Both the position numbers and the translations under genes were made by a program. A stretch of 59,384 nt of DNA, the filler included, from Nemertoderma westbladi (Eukaryota; Animalia; Xenacoelomorpha): the NCBI GenBank assembly GCA_032718475.1. It is 3 parts of 3 records of this genome, joined end to end, with 100 filler letters (N's around TTAATTAATTAA, not from the genome) between each part and the next. Parts side by side here need not be neighbours in the genome. Positions count along the whole stretch, not along the records: positions 46,490 to 59,384 come from JAUCBJ010002268.1; 2 more parts are not named here. One strand, written 5' to 3'. Under the pieces are notes generated by a model, which had not been told where the DNA came from, ran no database searches, and saw nothing but the letters and a program-made list of their open reading frames with translations. Shown piece after piece: positions 52,647-59,384 of the stretch (the first letter of the stretch is position 1; each line of letters starts with the position of its first letter).

Positions 52647-53291
52647 CTATCGAAAGAGGAGCATTCGGTCGCTTCTGGCTTCGGCTTATTATTTACTTTG
52701 CTTAGCTTTGACAAATACAGTATGAACAGCATTGAGGATTAAAGTTGATTGAACAAGTGGATATATTTATTAACTATTGATAGTAATATTTATAATTTTT
52801 ATATGTTATCATATATAGTAAAAATGTATTTAACAAAAAATCGCTAACGCAAATTTCATTTTTTAACACTAAAACTTTAACATTTTTTTGTGATATTTTT
52901 AAACACGTGTACCCTATATTTTTACTTCGTATCCATTTTAATTTACCATATTTTGTTATGCAACATTATACTATATTAATTATAATGACCCAATTGCCCC
53001 AAGTTGGGGCATAATTAATACAAAATATATATTACATCAGAAAAATGGCTTGCAGTTCGTTTCGTTTAGTATAACATATTTTTCTTATATTTTTCATATA
53101 TCTGTTGTAATTAATTATTTTTATTCCATATTATTATTTAAATTAATAAAAATAAATAAAATTGGTATCGTTTAAGGAGGTGCTCGCCCATAGAATTGGA
53201 CAAATATACGTCTTATACGATACTTATATATATTGTAACAAATTCATTATTCCATCACAAATTTACAGATATGAAATTTTAGCACACCCAC

Positions 53292-53424
53292 CGACAGTAA
53301 CTGTAAACTCCTTGAGGACAACTACATGGCCATTGTAAACCAGAGTGATGTATTTCTTGCACAATATATCGGTATCCTTGCAATCATAACTGCTTATCTT
53401 CAGTGCAAACAACCCATCCTTATC
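53292..53424 (-). CDS. Host vWF/mucin-type gene exon (VWD domain, continued)
   Basis: ttttag|DKDGLFALKISSYDCKDTDILCKKYITLVYNGHVVVLKEFTVTV; in phase with previous exon; donor position less certain. Confidence 0.8.
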
Positions 53425-53866
53425 CTAAAAGGGAATAAAGTTTAGACAAAAAATTCCTAACAAACTATAAATAAGGTTTTACACCAAACCAATTCACATA
53501 CTCAACTTATTACAGCTAATAACATTTAATATCTCGTCTCAATGTTAAAATATACATCTATGGAAAGGAGCAGGTTTCAGTGGCGTGAAATTCTAACCAA
53601 CACACTAAACAAAAGTCAATAGAACAGGTGACAATTTTATTGTTGTAGTAATAAGTTGATATTTGAGTCGATTTTCCCCTGGAAAGGGTTGAATAATTGA
53701 TTGCGTCGAAAGCCCCCCGTCGAACTAGAACAAGAACTTATATCTGAACAATTGATAATAATTTTACAACCAATGGCAATGACTACCGTTATTATATACT
53801 ATTTATTGTTTTCTTAAAAATCATAAAAATCACAAATAATGTCTAAAATTACATATTTAAATTAAC

Positions 53867-54005
53867 CTGAGCCAGAATGGATTCGCAGGTGCCGAGGAAG
53901 TCATAGAAATATCCGTCGAAGGTTGAATAGTGACCGTGGCCGAGTACAGAGCATGTCGAGTCACAATGGTAGGTTGAGCAGCTCCACTTACCGGCGTTAC
54001 AAGTG
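53867..54005 (-). CDS. Host vWF/mucin-type gene exon (start of VWD domain)
   Basis: ttcag|(C)TCNAGKWSCSTYHCDSTCSVLGHGHYSTFDGYFYDFLGTCESILAQ|gt; HY.TFDG..Y.F.G.C is the VWD signature. Confidence 0.92.
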
Positions 54006-54404
54006 CTGAAATACAAACCAACATACTTCTATCATGAGATAAGATCGTGAGTAACAAACAGACTGAGGGGGTCACGAAGTATCTCAGATTACAAACAATA
54101 ATTTATGCAATATTATTTATCAATGGGTTTTAACGAGTAAATGAAAATTACACTCAATATAGTGGCTTACCGAACCATGCAACTATATAATTTAAGTTAA
54201 TTTATGATATGAATACTGAACTATAAATATAAATTATGAAGTTGGGTCTAACAATTCTAGCCACATTCTAACACCAATTTACATGTGAAACATAAATTTG
54301 AGTAAGAAATCTGTTATTACTGTGTAACACCGTTGTTGGTTACATAAAACTATTTCCCATCTCTCTGCTAGGTTATTTCAACATACAATAATAATTTGAC
54401 TGAC

Positions 54405-54547
54405 CAAGTGTTACATCCAGTTTGAACTTCTTGGCCAGACGAATATGAGTTATCGTGATACAAACACGGACACAGATCCTTCATAACGCAGGCGTCTCTT
54501 TCTTTGTCTAAGTAGTAGCCGTCCGGGCAGACACAACCGGGAACAAA
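54405..54547 (-). CDS. Host vWF/mucin-type gene exon (TIL end and E module)
   Basis: tctag|FVPGCVCPDGYYLDKERDACVMKDLCPCLYHDNSYSSGQEVQTGCNTC|gt; phases 0/2 fit neighbours. Confidence 0.92.
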
Positions 54548-54912
54548 CTAGAAACAATAATAAATGGAGTCATTGTAAAAAAAACATTAAAGTTCACAAT
54601 AACGATCTAGAGGAATAATTAATTATTAACAATCACAATGTTTAGAGTGTCAAATGTCAATGTCAATGTGTTCAGCAAGGTTAATGACGAAATTTGCTCA
54701 GGTAAATATTCTGACTTGAAATTCCAAATGACCAAGTCTTTATTATTTAAAAAAAAACAGTGTTCCGTTACAAAATGAAATTATTATCTTAAACATATTC
54801 TAGAAAGTGAGTTGAATGTATGAATTGAATTGTATTGATCTACTTGAATAGTAATAAATATTATTATCATAAATGTTATATAATAACTTTGGTAAATAAT
54901 AGATTAACTCAC

Positions 54913-55016
54913 ATCAGCGTAGCAACTTTCCGGCATTTCTGAACCGGCATAGATGCAGGTTTTAGTACAAAGCGGTCCGAAATCAGTGTACTCCATCATA
55001 CCCGGACACGTAACAT
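54913..55016 (-). CDS. Host vWF/mucin-type gene exon (TIL domain start)
   Basis: tttag|DVTCPGMMEYTDFGPLCTKTCIYAGSEMPESCYAD|gtgag; phases 1/0 fit neighbours. Confidence 0.9.
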
Positions 55017-55606
55017 CTAAAAGGTATAATAAAAATAAATAGTTCAGTGTTGGAAATGGGAATCTGTGGCTAATACAGATAGAGTACATACTAGACCGTT
55101 TTTTTTTTAAAGTTATCTAATTCAAACTTGCACACCCCCCTATTTTATGTGTAAACAAGAAATAATGAACCTTAAAAAATTTCAGAGTAATTGAACTTGG
55201 TTAAGTGACCTCTCATGCACTTCCAAAATACCCCATCATTGTCCAACTTTGGCGATCCCCGGTTATTGCGGTCTTGCATAATATTTTTCAATAGCAGAGC
55301 ATTAATAAATAGAAGAAACTATTGGATTCCTAGTTCAACTCGCTTTAATTTGAATGGCTACAATATATACTTTGGACTAAATTAAAACATAGGTGTGTAG
55401 TATTCTCATTCGGCACAAACTATAATAGATTATATATGCAATATGAAATACATAGTATAATGAACAAGTACACATATTATAGTTCAGTTATATTTAGTAA
55501 CCAAAGTGGTATTATTTTTAATTATTACTCATATATGGGATACTAGTTGCTTTTTTGTAGGTGTGGTGTCTAACAGTTTGCGGTGTTATTCAACAGTTTG
55601 TAATAA

Positions 55607-58345
55607 TACTACTACTACTACTACTACTAGGATCGGCATGCTGCATTGCAGCTGCATTTTTAAGAATGCTGTGCCGGCTTATCGACAAAATTGCACCGCC
55701 ACAACTCCCTATCACCCATGACATTTGCTAGATCATCCGCATCTTCAAGGCCAGTGTCCTTTAAGATGCGTCTCAAAAAAGTCATGGGCTGTCCACCATG
55801 CTTATTCACTCCATGAGGCTGCCAAAGTACAAGATTATGCACTGGCTGGTCCTCACGGCGAAAGCAATGTGCTGCAAAGCGGAGGCGATTTTGTTCTAGT
55901 GTCAAGCTTGGGGGAACCAATGGGACACCTCCAATGTTATATAGTGTCTGGTTGGAGATGTATGAATTGTACTTGACACAATGAACCCGGCGTAGCATTC
56001 TTGTGAATGTGCCATCCAGAGATTTGGTGTCCTCAGCAGTTAGAGCCCAGCATGGACTCCCATAGAGGAGTACTGGAACTACTGCTGCTCTAAGTAATCG
56101 GACCTTAAGTTTCCGATTAATTCTCGGTGACTTCCAAATCCTGGAAAGCCTATTCAAGGCTTCCCATGCCTTTCCCTTACGTATTCGAAGGTCCTCACCT
56201 GACTTCCGGAAGTCATCCACATGCTCAAGCATACCATCCTTTGAGCTTATGCTCATCCGATCAGAGACTCGCTGAGGACTTTCAAAGTTAACTGTCAAAT
56301 TTTTGGTCTTTCTGGAGTTAATAAAAAGACCAACACTAGAAGCAGCATGTTCTAATGAGCTGAGGAGCCGTTGGGCTCCCTCTAGTTATTCTGAGAGTAC
56401 TCCTAAGTCATCAGCAAAGTCTAGATCAGTTAGGTACTTGACAGGATTTCCTCGACTTCTGGAGCCAGTAGGTGGATTTATCATCACCCCATCATCATTA
56501 TGATGATCTAAGGACATGCGTAGAACATAGTCAACAACAATTATGAACAAGAATGGTGCAAGTGTGTCTCCCTGGAGGACACCCCATAATACTTCAAATG
56601 GTTCTGTGTTACCGTCAACAGTAGAAACAAATGTTGTCGAACCATCGTATACTGATCTGATTGCTGCAATAATTTCATCAGGAATCCCATATAATGAAAT
56701 TATGCTGAGCATACGTGAGCGAGAGACTAAATCAAAGGCCTTGAAGAAGTCAACAAAGATAACAGCCAGATGCCTGTCTTTCTTTTTTGATAACTCTTCA
56801 ATTATCCTTCTAAGTGCCAAAATGGGCTCCATGGTCCCACGACCTTTATGGAACCCATTCTGATTTCCACGGAGTAGTCTCTCAATGGGATCCCTGATGC
56901 GATTTAATAGAATTCTATTGTATAGCTTTGCAGCAATCGAGATCAATGAGATTCCCCGAAAATAACCATTGAGTGTTAGGTTGCCCTTCTTGGAAACTGG
57001 CACCAACTTATTTGTTTTCATTTCTTGTGGGACTCTTGTTGTTCGGTACATGTCTACTATGATGGGATAGATGAGCTTTAAACACTCAGGTATTTTAAAG
57101 ACCTCAGGGGGAACACCATCTACTCCACTGGCACGATTTGTCTCAATGCTCTTTGCAGCAGCCTTCACTTCTGCAAAGGAGATATCACCAATGGGAATAT
57201 CTGGGAGTACAGACTCAGACACTTTTACTTCTATAAAGTTATCAGGCAATACCCTGTCATTATTGAGGAGCTTTTCAAAGTGGGCCTTCCAACCATTGAG
57301 GCGATCGGCTGGTGATTCAGCCTTAACCTTGGTGGTTGGTTGGCTTTTTCGACCAGCAAGCAAGTTGATAGATCTCCATGCCTGGGATGATTGCCTGCTG
57401 TTGTCAGCATCATTGATGGCATCAACCTGTTGGTTTATTAGCTCCTGTAAATTAACAGAGTACTGCCTGTTCAGGGACCTAGATGCAGCCTTAACTGCAT
57501 TCTTGGCCGCTGTAGTCTGTTTGAGTCGGGACTCTTTCTGCGCCTTGTAGAGGTTATTTCGGCACTTCTGAATTTTGTTGTCAGTCCAGGGGGCCCGTTT
57601 CCTGTTTCGAGGGTATACAGGAACTGTTTCTGTAGCTGCTAACTTAACAGCCTCTGTGAAGGCAGTATAGCCCTCACAGTGATCTGCCGCCTCAGAGGCA
57701 AGAACCTCATACCTGTTGCTCAGCTGTAGTGTGAAGCTGGATCTCACACTTGGCTGTTGCAACAGAGAGGACCAGTCATGCCGCGGCAAGGCAGATTTTG
57801 TTGTTCTGCTAGCACGCAGACTAAGTCTTACCTTGGCCACAATAAGGCAGTGATCACTGGAGAAGGGTCGTAGTGTAAATGCATTACAGTCTTGTATAGA
57901 GCTCCTGTATTTCCTACGAAACAGGATATGTTCTATCTGGGACTTGTGACCACTGGGTCCACTATGAGTCCATAGCTTTCCAGTTCGCTTCTTGAACTGG
58001 GTTCCAGCCGAAAACAATCCTTTTCCAGAGATAAAATCCTGAAGATGGACGGAATTTCGGTTAACACTATTGCTATAGACCCAGGGCGATGTAGGTGATT
58101 GATGCAGACTTGCATTAAAGTCTCCCAGGAATGTTTAGAATGCATGCTGATCCACTCCATCAGTAGCTGCTTGTAGATTGTGGTAGAAATTTTCCACCTC
58201 CTCTACAGGAGCAACACTAGTTGGAGAGTAGCACACAATCAGAACCACCTTAGGAAACTTCTTAGCCAGTCTTCCAGAACATGAGAAGTGGCAACGGATG
58301 ATGCGGTTAGAGATTTGGTCTATTTTGTCCAATGCTGCTGTTATA
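55607..58345 (-). mobile_element. 5'-truncated RTE-clade non-LTR retrotransposon in a host intron
   Basis: Partial AP endonuclease (CYSPT, QIEHIL, SDH), RT (RGISL, QNGF..GR, FVDF.KAFD, GVLQGDTLAPFLF, DFADD), RTE-type C-terminus (RLRFAAHC.R), very short 3' UTR and (TAG)n tail; several frameshifts and stops. Confidence 0.93.
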
Positions 58346-58777
58346 TATGTTATTCATTCAATGTTATATATGCTCAGCAAACAAGTTTAAATAGTAATCG
58401 TACCGCAACAAAATTTTGGAATAACAAGTTACAAATTTTTAGTTTGTTTAGTTAAATAATAGTTCACTACATAACACCAATAAAAACTCTTTCAAAATAT
58501 AGTTATTCTTTTCTTTGGTTAAATACTTCAACTAACCTAACGTTTTGTTAAAGTAATTCAAAATGGCAAATTTTCTTGTTGACCTTTGAACTATTTAAAC
58601 AACACAACGGGCACTGCAGTTCATTACTTTTGTATGGGAAACGATTAAAATTTACCAACTAATAAGCAATGTGTCCGAAATATATCTAGATACTTATAAT
58701 AGTGAGACCTGTATACCGTGGTTTGATACATACATGACTCGCCTCACACCCGATAGCTCTGTTGCTTTATAACTTAC

Positions 58778-58943
58778 CGCAACTTGTTTTCCCTCTCCAC
58801 ACAACCTGCACGTTATTTACAGCGCACTCCATTGTGTAGGCGTTAAACGTATCACATCGCACTCTGTCCATAACAGCAATATCGTCAGAGGCCACAGCAC
58901 ATAAGTCGTAGAGACAGTCCAATATATATGGACCAGGAGGTAC
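58778..58943 (-). CDS. Host vWF/mucin-type gene exon (C8 domain)
   Basis: tacag|VPPGPYILDCLYDLCAVASDDIAVMDRVRCDTFNAYTMECAVNNVQVVWRGKTSC|gtaag; C8 pattern C.YD.C...C....AY...C.....WR...C. Confidence 0.92.
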
Positions 58944-59182
58944 CTGTAGGTAAATATCAGTGGTTTAATCCAATATATGGACCAGGAAGTACCTGTAGGT
59001 AAATATCAGTGGTTTAATACCACATCTGCATTTATATGTTGTAATTAAATGTAGTACATTATTTTTCTATTACATCTGTCAATGTTTTAGCTAGTAATTT
59101 CAACACTGGTTCCTACTGTACATCCTACTTCCTTCTATAAATATTTTGTAGTAGCTAGTTCTTATTATTATTTATTTGCATA

Positions 59183-59384
59183 GAAAATGTTCCAGAACAT
59201 GTTAGGTATTCATTAAAAAAAAATGTTCTAGCACTAATATTTTTTGTTCTAGAACATTTTAAGAAAAAAATCTGGGTTCTATTTAAAGCGCATGGGGTTG
59301 TTCTAAAAAGTGTTTAAAATAAATAAAAAAAATTGTGCAAAAAAAATTGTGCAAAAAAATTGCTAATTCTAGAATATTCTAATT
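59183..59384. repeat. Palindromic GTTCTAGAAC-type repeat cluster, likely a MITE end
   Basis: Repeated TGTTC(T/C)AG(A)AC / TTCTAGAA motifs and AAAAAATTGTGC tandem; runs off the window. Confidence 0.45.

Noticed and set aside
50348-52760. Solo LTR enclosing the minisatellite
   Set aside because: TGTAAC start and TATA/polyA-like signals exist, but no CA end with a matching TSD was found; left as speculation only.
56543-57550. Plus-strand ORFs antisense to the RTE (and similar antisense ORFs over other TEs)
   Set aside because: Shadow frames of the real coding strand with no independent motifs.

Overview
AT-rich animal (invertebrate-type) nuclear DNA made of three contigs joined by artificial 100-nt spacers (N-run/TTAATTAATTAA/N-run at 20818-20917 and 46390-46489), so adjacency across those points is unproven. 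Most of the window is nested, decayed transposons. Contig 1 holds a Helitron-like RepHel pseudogene (HUH Rep + PIF1 helicase) with a C-terminal SLX1-type GIY-YIG nuclease, an intronless WD40 pseudogene, an EnSpm/CACTA end with transposase C-terminus, and a full-length DD41D mariner. Contig 2 holds a second EnSpm transposase split by a 3.1-kb TIR element, a local segmental duplication carrying L2/Crack-like LINE ends and RTE stubs, and a three-level nest (LINE 3' end inside a hATm element inside another hAT-related element). Contig 3 holds a 2.2-kb 36-bp minisatellite and the only clear host gene: five minus-strand exons of a vWF/gel-forming-mucin-type protein (C8-TIL-VWD), with an RTE LINE in one intron. 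All calls come from manual reading and motif recognition; no searches were run, and boundaries not fixed by TIR/TSD or splice sites are approximate.
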